From Lingula anatina (Eukaryota > Animalia > Brachiopoda): 64,000 bases of DNA. The stretch spans positions 37,343,967 through 37,407,966 of the forward strand of contig CM120640.1 of NCBI GenBank assembly GCA_051362555.1. Reading direction: 5' to 3'. The notes under the pieces are model-generated. The model ran no database searches, was not told the DNA's origin, and saw nothing but the letters and a program-made list of their open reading frames with translations. Below are positions 26,485 to 37,700 of this stretch, one piece after another; the first letter of the stretch is position 1, and each line of letters starts with the position of its first letter. The translations under genes and the position numbers were made by a program.

Positions 26485-27254
26485 TATAAGTCTACATGTA
26501 TGATGTTTGACAGTTTCCCCAAAACACTTGGTGACTTGGTGATACACTCATTATTGTGTATTTTCTGATATATAACATTGGCAAGAATAAGATGGGTAGT
26601 TGATCCATTTGAGAATATAAAAATTATGCAATGTTTTCAGTTATGTACTACATTTGTTTTTCCAACCTTGGAGATCAGATAAAATTCGAACGCCATACGT
26701 TTTATATGAGAAGTAAATACAAATAGCATTTGATGTCTGAAACAGATATAGGGAACAATATACTGTATTACTGTATATCTCCATGCATCCACGGTGTTAT
26801 CAATAGTCATCCATTGGCACTGAACATTGCGAATATCTGATACATATCATAAAGTCTGCAAGAGATATTTCAGGTTGCAAAATGTTGCTTTTTTCGAACT
26901 TCTATCTCTCAGAAACTTGGATTCGCCTGTGGTAGTCACTGAGTTCCCAGATAGAAGTCACGCTCCATGCCCAGCGGTGGGCAAGCCAATGAGTGTGAAA
27001 AGAAGGGGCTACTGGTACCTTTGGTGCCTATGAGTCGCACCGAAAAGGGTCGAACCATGCATCTCCAATGTGAACTTAGTCCTACTGGCTTAATTAAGGC
27101 GAAAGGCATCACAGTTGTATTGGCGGACTGGGTTTAACGTTTATCGTTTAAGTGATTTGAGCAATTAAGCGGAAGAATTTTTGGTGCGCGCATGTGAGCG
27201 CTTTCGCGCGCGAGGAAGAATGTGTGCTAGTACGAGTAGTACGACTGCGCATTA

Positions 27255-27256
<2 letters not shown>

Positions 27257-27287
<31 letters not shown>
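27257..27287 (+). repeat. (GA)n microsatellite next to a CpG-rich patch (27181-27250)
   Basis: Seen directly. Confidence 0.9.
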
Positions 27288-27290
<3 letters not shown>

Positions 27291-27797
27291 AGAGACTACA
27301 TATCGATTGTCACTGATATGTGATTTACGTTCAAGTTCCCGTGTTCTCGAATAAACGATGTCATTGGTCTCTCGTCTGTACTTTTATTTAATTCACACCT
27401 AACACAACCCAAACTTTCTAGATGTTCCGTCTCTCAAAAGACCTTTTGACAAATAGTGATTTAGCAACCATACCTAGTTACAATAACAGACTGAGTAGAG
27501 ATCCAATAAGCGTAATCAAATAGGAATGTTATTACGCAGTATTTTTTATTGGCAAAAATCGCTTATTCAATTAAATACTTCAGCAACCAAACCGTGATTG
27601 CGTTGTGGAATTGACATTATCTTGATACAAAAATACTATTCAACTTTATTTCCTTTGTATTGATGTTGTAAATTAAGAGGTATTATACAGTCCTTGCAAT
27701 AAAATCATCTATTGCCTTGTGAAATACGAGTGAAAAAGTAGACAGGCCATTTGTTGGGAACCCGTTGATCGATCGCAGTCTCAATAGTTGCCAGCAT

Positions 27798-27927
27798 GCG
27801 AGACCAGATCAAGTCCAGTTTATACGCAGCGGTTTCAGTAACACCAGAAGCGAGACCAGATCAAGTCCAGTTTACACGCAGCGGTTTCAGTAACTCCAGA
27901 ATCAAAGGTTATCGACGAGACCAGATG
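27798..27927 (+). repeat. 52-bp tandem duplication (2 near-identical copies plus a partial third)
   Basis: gcgagaccagatcaagtccagttta(t/c)acgcagcggtttcagtaac(a/t)ccagaa at 27798 and 27850; cgagaccagat again at ~27917. Confidence 0.9.
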
Positions 27928-30475
27928 TTCGTTATATCGAATTTTCCGATTCATCGACATTTCTGTATGCGAACCTTTATGGCGGATGTTGTATCAAATA
28001 TTTTGAATTATCTGTCGGTATATGTATGTTTATGATAATACTTTTTATGGATACATTTTTTGTCGCTTTATATTTACTATTTCATCGAAAAGATAAGGCA
28101 ATTTACGTAAAACCGATGTCGCCCAGCTTATCCCTCCCTCAAAAAAAGTATTTTATATGTATTTGTTGAGTTTTAATGCAGTGATTCGTCCCTTAAAAGA
28201 GCATCTAATGCAATTTGAGTCAGAAAAAAAATCTACACACGCCCCAATTCTCCCTAGATTTATAGCCCTACAATCTTGTTTGTAAACATGCTGGTATCTT
28301 AATTGCTTTGGCCAACAGCGATAAGTTATTTCCGTGACTGTTGGTGCTTGAAATAAAATATAAACATTATCGTAGGTGATATAAGGTATTGGCATGGGAA
28401 GTCAACATTACACGGCGGGGCATGTGTGGGTATAACATACAGGAACACTAGGGTTTTACGGTGAGATGTTCTATTAGTCTTAAATTTTTGGCCTGTCCCA
28501 GTAATTCTCGAAAAAATGAATAACCAAAAATGAAAAGCGTATGTGTTTGAGATTTGGGACTATGCACTCATAAATTGACCCCAGATATACACACTGGATT
28601 TTATATGAGGTCGTAAATTTTTGCAAGTGGTGGAAAGATGAAGCTGTAAAAAGTAATATTTCACCAAACTTTCAGCGTTAAAAAATATCACACCGAGGTA
28701 ACTAAGGGCTGATACAAGTGCAGTAAATTAAAATTGAATCCTTAAATAGATTTGATGATTTTAGGAGGTTTCTGCTGTGAAGTAAATCTGCCCAATGACA
28801 CTTTTAGAGCGTAGATCTGTCCAAGTTTCTTTCTCGAGTGGAAATTATTATTTCAAGATGAAAGGAGCTAGAGTTGATGCTATTTCAAATCATATGGGAT
28901 ATGTTAAGGTTCTAATAAAGCAAATTAAAAGCTGTCCCTCTTCTTTTTGATGTGACGCAAAAAGTTTTTATTAATAGCAGGGTCTGACGCAGACATTTTT
29001 TTGTAAATGTTAGCAACGGAGTATCTGGGATTGCTGCGCAGCCGTTGGGTTGGCCCTAGGATTACAACCAGATAAAATTTGCAAAATGAAAAAATAACTA
29101 TTTTTGTTTAATAATTTCACAGATATCTCTTTTTCTCTACGTGTCATCCAGCCTGAGCTGAGCACACAGGTATGCAAAGGCAGGTCGGTGACAATAACTC
29201 CTTTACGGAAGTAACTAATCCCCTTTTATTGCTTGACACTTCTTAGCTTTTGCTAGCTATGCTTGGAAGTGATCCCCAGACAAATACGACAATATCTGGG
29301 CAAACTTGTTCTTTTCATTACATACAGGGAATCGTGCGTTAAGAAATAGAAAAAAGTAACGAAAATGTGTTTTACGTAGTATCCCAGTTATTTCAACTGT
29401 TATCTGGTCTTAGGTGTCATTTATCACTTGCATTCTTCAACGCTGAACCCGGAGAGAGAAGGTACTCAATTTGTGCTGGGCACTATTGTACGTTTTTATC
29501 CGAGCTTGCCTCGGTAAATACGTATATCATACCTGATACCAGCCCAATAACGTCGACAGGCTGGTCGCAACAGAATATTCTTATCACCGATGTTGTTAAG
29601 TAACTTATCAAACTAAGGGGCAGCGTTACAAACGGCTTAAAGCCCTTACACACCGGCTTAAGTGTGGCAATGATGTCGCAGTCGTAAAGTTAAAGTTTTG
29701 CTACACGTGTGATCTTCACACTGTGTATTAAACGTTTACGTCTCACCGGTATGCGTGCCGTATTTTCGACCGGTAATATTTTTTCTTACTTGACTTATGG
29801 GAAAAGCGTCGTTTAAAACCGATACAAAGGAACTCAGGTGTGGTGATAAAATCGTCTAATTACCGATGCACGGAATAATTCCATCTGCCCGGTAAAAGAC
29901 GGCAACAAGCAGATTACCACATGCAATATCGGGAAAGGTTATGGCAAACATAAATCTTTGATAATAGTTCTTCCCCACTTCGCGATCAGCCGAGTGCGGA
30001 TTGTTTGCTCGCTGTCAGCAGTCCAGTAAGAAGCTTAGGGAGACTTGTGACGTTTTGCTCTCAGAAACTCCCCTCCAGTCAGCAGCTTCTCAGATCAATA
30101 GCGACGTTTGGTTTCACTCCCAGTCGGGCCTTACCGTTTGACCCACCAGGCAGAGAGCGCGTTCAACTCTTTCTGGAGCTGATTCTTCAACTAGGTTGAT
30201 TCTCAGAATTGTAACGGATTTCGAAATGACAGCTGCATAAAAAGAGACGAATCTTGTGTTGACGAACGAAAGAACTTCGATGATTACTTGAAAAAATTGT
30301 TGACTTTTCGAAGACCTACGTCCAATTAGAGAAGACACACTGAAAGTAAGATATTGCCATTTTATTGATTTCTCACTGCGTCTCTTTTTCAGTTGGGGAA
30401 CTATCTAGTGGAAACGGCCGGTGAAGTTATGGTGAAGATTTGACAAGATAAGCCGGACTTTACAACTGAGAACAT

Positions 30476-31744
30476 ATGCAGCGCATTGCAATGGGTGATA
30501 GCGGTAGATTGGCGCAGTTCCCCGTCTTCGACAACGATTCATTTGGCGATAGGTATACTTTTACCACAAGTGGCTTTTACCCCAATGCCACCAATGAGAC
30601 AGGAAACACAACCGAACCAGAAGAACAATCGGCAGTTGTTCTAATTTTCAAAGGAATCGCAATGGCGATGATCATGCTGGCAGCTGTGTGCGGTAATATA
30701 CTTGTGATTGTGAGCGTGATCCGATTTCGAAGATTACGAGTGATAACGAACTGTTTCATAGTTTCCTTAGCATTTGCTGACTTGTTGGTAGCTATTCTTG
30801 TTATGCCTTTCAATGCCATACAGGAGCTAGCAGGAAAGTGGATATTTAAAGACAGACTTGTATGCGATATATTTAATGCAAACGATGTGCTTTTCTCGAC
30901 CGCTTCCATATTACATTTGTGTTGTATAAGCATGGATCGTTTCATAGCCATTATGCATCCTCTTCATTATGAATCTAGTATGACCAAAACACGAGTTGCA
31001 ATAATGTTGACGTTAACTTGGGGTGCGTCAGCGACCATATCCTACATCCCAATCCACTCTCAGTGGTACACCACGCCCGAAAACTACAAAGAAATGCTGC
31101 GGCATCCAGAGACTTGTGCATTTATTGTGACCAAAGTGTATGCTGTGATATCTTCGTGTGTGTCGTTCTGGATACCATGCTCCATCATGGTGTTCACCTA
31201 CCTGAAGGTGTACCGCGAGGCGCGGAGACAGGAGAAGCAGATCCACGCCCAAACCACCCACTACGCCCGGGGCTCCATCAGCACCGACGGCAGTAACAGC
31301 AGCGGTGGGCAGGTCAACGGAACGGCTTCAGAAGCCTGGAACAGTTCCTTTGCCCGGCATGGCGAGAGTGATTCGGGAAGGGACAGGCGGAGAATGAAGC
31401 GCGAACACAAAGCGGCAAAGACACTAGGAATAGTAATGGGGGCGTTTGTCCTATGTTATCTGCCATTTTTCTCTTGGTATGTTATAAGCACAATGTGTGA
31501 CTGTGACACCCCACCTCTGGTGGTGGCGACTTTGTTCTGGATCGGATACTTTAATAGCTGCTTAAACCCAATCATTTATGCTTACTTCAACAGAGAATTT
31601 AGAAACTCTTTCAAAAAACTCTTAGGTTTGGACACGCGATGTGGCAAAAGGCGTCACGGATCGGCGCGGCATTCATTCGGCCGGAATCACGTCAACCGAA
31701 CGTCTGTTAAAAGCATCCAGCGCCCCTCCGTGGACTGCTCCTGA
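30476..31744 (+). CDS. Class A biogenic-amine GPCR, beta-adrenergic-like octopamine receptor (422 aa)
   Basis: Seven hydrophobic helices; GN in TM1, SLAFADL in TM2, amine-binding Asp in NANDVLFSTAS, DRF, serines in TM5 (ISSCVSFWIP), MKREHKAAKTLG, NPIIY and N-terminal N-glycosylation sites. VYREARRQEKQI and NSCLNPIIYAYFNREFR are typical of invertebrate beta-type octopamine receptors. Confidence 0.93.
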   Translation: MQRIAMGDSGRLAQFPVFDNDSFGDRYTFTTSGFYPNATNETGNTTEPEEQSAVVLIFKGIAMAMIMLAAVCGNILVIVSVIRFRRLRVITNCFIVSLAFADLLVAILVMPFNAIQELAGKWIFKDRLVCDIFNANDVLFSTASILHLCCISMDRFIAIMHPLHYESSMTKTRVAIMLTLTWGASATISYIPIHSQWYTTPENYKEMLRHPETCAFIVTKVYAVISSCVSFWIPCSIMVFTYLKVYREARRQEKQIHAQTTHYARGSISTDGSNSSGGQVNGTASEAWNSSFARHGESDSGRDRRRMKREHKAAKTLGIVMGAFVLCYLPFFSWYVISTMCDCDTPPLVVATLFWIGYFNSCLNPIIYAYFNREFRNSFKKLLGLDTRCGKRRHGSARHSFGRNHVNRTSVKSIQRPSVDCS

Positions 31745-34700
31745 CAGTTAATAACACGCCCCCAGGGGAAGGCGCAGTCACCAGGAAAGGCCACCGGTAA
31801 GTTGATATCAATTTTTGCTACACTTTAATTAAGTCTTATTCTACATTAGGCCTCTGCTCCGTGGTGCAGCAATTTATTGGTATTTGCTTTCAGACCAGAA
31901 ATGCACTTTTGTTAACTGTGATTTATCGCAGCGACTGTAAAAATCAATTAAGCGATTAGGCACACACAGCTTACAATCAGAGTCAGAGCCGTGATAATTG
32001 AACTGGGAATAAACACTTCCGGAACTCAATTAGAACGTTTTCCTATTTTGACCCAGAGGGACAGCATTTTATTTTTTTTTTATCTACCAAATTCAACTTG
32101 TCCCCCTTTTTTGGCAAATTCTGAGCTTTGGGAAAACAACATTACATCAACTGTTTTCAAAAATAATTTTTTTCACTGACTGGCCTAACATACAGTCTTA
32201 GGAGTCGTTATTGGCACTTCTTGGAATTCTGCAGTTAAGGTCATTTCAAATTGCCTGAACGCCCATTTTCATATTTATTAACACATGTGAACGGTTTTTA
32301 AGCTATAAACCCACTGTTCCGTGCATTCATAAAAACATTAAATCTGTCAAAAAATTATGATAAAATTTTGAACCCCCAAGTAAAAACAAATCACCGACAT
32401 AAAATGTTTAGATGGTCAAAAAAACCGACAGGTAATCATTTAATTATCAACATAGCCGCGATATTGACATTCCTGTGGGTCGTGGTCTCCTGCAGATTCA
32501 CTCTAAATTTAATGTACCGGGTTAAGAACAGGGGCAAGTAGAAATACCATTACTACCCAGTTAATATACCACAAGATAGAACGTGAGCACTTTCTTTATA
32601 GATCCATTTGTTTGCGTCTTATCAATTATTCGACAGCTTGTGGCCCCATTTCCTCTTAAGATTTGGTGTGGGTCATTCTGCAATAAAGTACTTATGGAAG
32701 AAGCAATGTTGGGCAAGTACCGGTATCATTGGGGAAAAGCTCAAGCTTGGTTGCCAACAACAAACAACATTGGTGTGAGTCATGAATGGGAGACCAAAGT
32801 TCTTGCGATCATGACCACATAAAATATAGATATAGTGCATAGTGTTTTTTATTCTAGCTGCAGAAATTGTATATTCTCTGTACTTCAATTACTTAAACTG
32901 GATATAAGGAAACACGTCTAAAACACTTCAGTACATAGCCTACGCGAAAGCTATATGAGCAAAATCGTTAGATTCTCTGATCAAACTGGAAAAACACCGG
33001 ATCGTGACTCTTAGACCGTAAATCCCAGTGGTTTCTTGCACTTTGTTCATGAATCCCATACCTTATCAACACGTCTTCTTACATTACATGCTGCACATAG
33101 ACTTGGCCGTCATGACAAGCAAGCAGTGCTGTATGTCGGCTTTGTCGGATTAAGTCTGAAGAACAAATACCCTATTCATGCAATTTCAAAACTTCAACAC
33201 ATATAAGCCGATTTAGGTGATTAGTGAAACATATGAGTCCGTCTAGTGTTTATTTGATCTTTCATTCGATCCCTCCAATATAGGTTTATTTGAATCGCGC
33301 AGATAAAGAGATCACCTCAAATTTCAGATGTTAATTTCTCGAAAAATCACCGCCATAAATGCAAAGCATTCAGCTAAGTAATACGTTTCGGACACCTAAG
33401 TTTTGACTCAGCACCTCTGGTATTTATGCCATGTACCTCAGTTGAAAAACAGCATAAAAAAGAGATTGGATTTAGTGTTTTGTTAACTCCTGGATGACAG
33501 CCTGTCTCTGATGGTCACAAGCTGCATCTTGACGACATTACAAGATCCAACAGGAATGTGGTATCATACACCATACACTTAGAAAAGTCCGAATGCATTT
33601 CAAACAGGTTGGGTCCCAATTAACAATAAAGAAGAAAATATAGATGAAATTTATGTGGTCGTCTTCAGGACGTGAAACGGTTTATGTCAAAAATGACTAC
33701 GTGCTCTTTTTAAGAAGGCGAAATACCAATCAAGTACCCGTTCTAATAGGAGACTGCTGACAATGAAACGATCGGTTTGGGCACTTCGTTTTAGGACTAT
33801 GGTATTTGTATTTATATATCTACGAAATAAAAACGTTTTAAACACCGAAAGCAATACCATGGGATAGTAATTACCTTAATTCTAATGGGGATCGAAAGAT
33901 ACTGAGTGTTTTAGAAATCAAAACCATAAAAGCTGGCCGTCTTTTATCCACTCGATATACTCATCGATATCATTGCCCGCGTCATGTTTGGCACCAAAAG
34001 TGAGCGTATTAGGATGTTTCTTGGAAAAAATGCAGAAGTAAAGGGTGACCCCACGTACGCCCCAACGTTTGAATTACTAGGATTATAGATAAATGTGATG
34101 GTATGAGGTCGTGTATCGTACATGTTGATTAAGCTTAACATTCATTTCTTTGCCCTAATTACATTCACTCCAAAATTTAATGGATAAATAAATTAACCAA
34201 TCGATAAATCAATACAACTGAAATAAGGAGTAAACAATTAAACTCTAAAATATGTTGTATTTTTAAGTAGGCTATGGATCCCATAAGATCGTTCTCTTTA
34301 TGGTTTTGTTTTAGCCAAATGTAGCAATTCGATTGGTCAATTGGTAATCTCCAGGCAGTGGCGACCCAGAGGTCTTCTGCCGCCATTTTAATATTTCTTT
34401 GTTTTGAAGTAACACTGAGAACATTTAAGATGCAAGTTTTCCTTAAAACATAAACTATGGGGCAATCGCATTGGAGGAAAAGAAGTATCGCTGTAAAGTT
34501 CATATGTACTCTATTCAAATCTGTTTGGAATAACCTTTCTTCGTGAAAGAGCAAAACGGTCATAAACTCAAGAATATTAGCAATAACTTTTCCTTCAGTT
34601 ATGCATGTATTTATAGGTTTTTTAACCAGAGACGTGGTTTCTATTTAAAAATCCTGCCATTGGCTCGAATTCATATGTCCCCAATTTAAGAATTACACTG

Positions 34701-37700
34701 GATTCTAGTAAATCTTCCACGTAACTTTTTACAGCTGTTCTCGTTAGTTTAACATAGTATCCATAACGTGTCTCAAGCATAAATCTTGCGTGTCTTGCGT
34801 GTGCGTATATCTTAAGATTCGCTGAATTTTGCTGTTTACAGGCTACAAATCTGTTTATGGGTACCTTACGGGATGCCTGACTGGTTGTTAATGTCGAACA
34901 GTTGAACCGTGGCATGTAAGCCTCACAATGCTTCTGAAAATACAACGTTATTACCAGAGACTCTCTGCCGGTGTTCTACAAGTTTTAGTGGCCCAGATGA
35001 ATTAACGTCCCTACCAATACCTGTTGCATATTCTGAAAGGAGACGATTGCTTAAATGCAATGCGTTGTTTAGAACAAACAAAATACACTGTGCTTACTGC
35101 TCATTTTGACATTAGGGACGTTATGCAAGATTAAACGTGAAAAAAATGAATGCTCGCCTTCAGATTGTTGACAGTTTCAGTTGCGAGCAATTATAGATAA
35201 GATTTAGACGAAATCGTCAACAATATGATCCTAAGAAGTCTGGTTACGATTTCTGGGAATATTTCACTACTTGCGGTGCAGTTGTTGAGGTGTCAGTAGT
35301 CATGTGTTACCGAATTTGTTGGCGCTTGGCACATTCTTTATTTCTGTTTAGCTTCGAGATATGGCTGATTATACCTTAACTTTCAAACCTCTGAGAGAGA
35401 GAGAGAGAATACCAAAAAAGAATCCATGACATCTAGATGAATGCACTTAAGTTTGCCCTTGTATAGGGAACAGCTATACATCCAGGTCAGGCGCTCTTTA
35501 AACGCTGCCCTCGCTTGTCCTTACAGTGTGAAGGCAAGAGAAAAATATATATGGCCTCAAAAAAGCCACAACAGGTGTGAAAGTTATTCCTGATCAAAAC
35601 TGTGAGCGTAATTATTCATCACATTTCGAGCGAAACCTCCTTGGTGCACGACATGAATCAAACTGATGAGGAAATGGTATGCCTTTTATGTGGCTTCGAC
35701 CCTTGATGCTGCGAGCGTGATTCGACAGAAGTGACTGTTTGTTTGATTGGGAAGACTCGACAACATTTGTGTGTGACGTATCCTTAAGATGGAGTGTTCT
35801 TTTCGGTTTGTTGTTTGGCGATTGTCTGTCATGCGAACTTAACAAGATCTTGTGTCTGCATTAATGTCTACGCTGCCTCAGATTGCGTTCTCATTAATTT
35901 TAAAAATGAAAAATAAAAGTGCATCTCCAGTATTGATTTTGTGGACTCGATGGAAGAGATCTAGAAATAATTTTGAATCTGAACATTTGACTGCTGTCGA
36001 CTGTTATCACAGGCAAACATACTCTGTTGTTGTGTTCTTATTCATTTTTTGTTTTTTCTAAGATTCCAGAAACAAAACACACACGCACACATACAAACTT
36101 TAATTTTTTTCTTCAGCCACTAAAATCGTCCTACGTGTTTTATCAAATAACGAACCGAGTCAGCGATTGAAAATCAAAACCAACCGAATACAAAATAAAT
36201 ACTAAGTAGTAGACGCTAAATTTATGAAAGTATTTAATTTTTAGAATATTCCTCAAGTAAAATACCGTTATCGCTTATAAACATAAACCACTTTTTACAT
36301 AGTACCAATAAAGATATATAATGTTTTAAATGCGACTACATTTTCGACTCCCGGGGCTAAAAAAGTTTGTTGTCTATTTCATTGTTTTCACCTGCGTCAT
36401 CATCATCATTACTTTCCAGCAAATTGAAAATGACTAAATATTGATTAATGGCAGAAGCAATAAGGTATTATTGTGTAACGTGCTGTCATTTCTTCGTGGT
36501 GTTGTCAGAAAGGAGAGACACCGGTCTGCTAAATGTTGAATGGCGTGTCTTATTAGATGAAGTGCGTGACAGGTGTGTCTTTTATTACTTCCCTGATCAG
36601 TGTTTGTTTACCTTTGATGGAGAAATAATAGAGAGACCGTTGGATTTAGTAGTCTACTGTGAAATGCTTAAGTACCACACACAATATTTTGGTATTACAT
36701 TGTCATTTGTGTTCAGTAAAACATCGGTAACAACGCCAGTAAATGGAGATAGTAAAGTTAAAAATTTTAAGATATATAAGTGGTTTAACAAATAAATTTA
36801 AATTTCCACAAATGGAAATCAAGATATAACACTCGCACAAACACACACACACACACGCATACGCATATGTATAGTATATGTAATATGGTTCGCACAATCG
36901 CGTGGATACGATTTCCTATCAAAGTCCAGCATATTTCCATTTCCTTTCTGACATAGTTTATAAAATGACCTATCGATATTAATTCTCATACAAAATTCTC
37001 ATACAAAATACGCAGTATCCTTAATTGGTCCGACGAACATGTCCGCGACAAGGGGTTCACCCAGCAAGTAGCGAATATTTTATATAAAAGGCTTCCAGGC
37101 GATTCGCGTGTCAATTTCATCCTTTAAGATATTATCTACTCATGATGGCTAAATGAAGTAATCTAAATGGACGTATCATAATTACGTGTCGACCATCTAA
37201 TATCTCGGCGAAAATCTCAAAGTGAATTAGTCTATCAGCAGGTTAATGACTTATGGACTGCAAATATTGATTGGTTTTATTCAGTGATTAGTGTGAGTGA
37301 AAACACGAATTAGGCACAATGAAAAGACACTACGATCATTTTAAAGTATGGCACCAAGTACGCTGTCGGATCTAGACTACAACTTTTCCATTTCTTCTTC
37401 TTCTTTTTTATTTATTTTATTTTTTTTTTTGTCAGCGTATGGATATTTTTAATTTCCTAACCAGGGTCAAATTTTCGAGGTTTATAAAATGGTTTGGTTA
37501 GCTAACGACCGTTGACATTACTGGCTGTTCTCTTTTTGGGGTGAGCGAACAAATGGGTTTGTTCTTATAAAACAAGCATTGTCATTGTGGAAAGCCTGGT
37601 CCTTAGAAGTATTCCACACAGGCCTCTATTGCCTTATTCAAAAAAAGATTCAGCCACACTGTGAAGTCATATTTGCATATTACCACGGGGCAGTGACATA

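Noticed and set aside
26920-27090. tRNA gene or tRNA-derived SINE (minus-strand B-box-like ggttcgaccc); similar weak heads at ~4130 and ~31855
   Set aside because: No cloverleaf can be built; probably SINE debris but not supportable by eye.
27798-27927. Direct repeats as a CRISPR array
   Set aside because: Head-to-tail 52-bp copies without unique spacers, no cas genes, eukaryotic context.
30577-31296. ORFs overlapping the GPCR (30577-30951 -, 31018-31296 +, 31028-31261 -)
   Set aside because: Shadow frames of a real CDS with GC-rich third positions; no motifs.
31742-31744. TGA as a selenocysteine codon
   Set aside because: No SECIS identified and the position is not a redox motif; the CARYYA context explains potential readthrough more simply.
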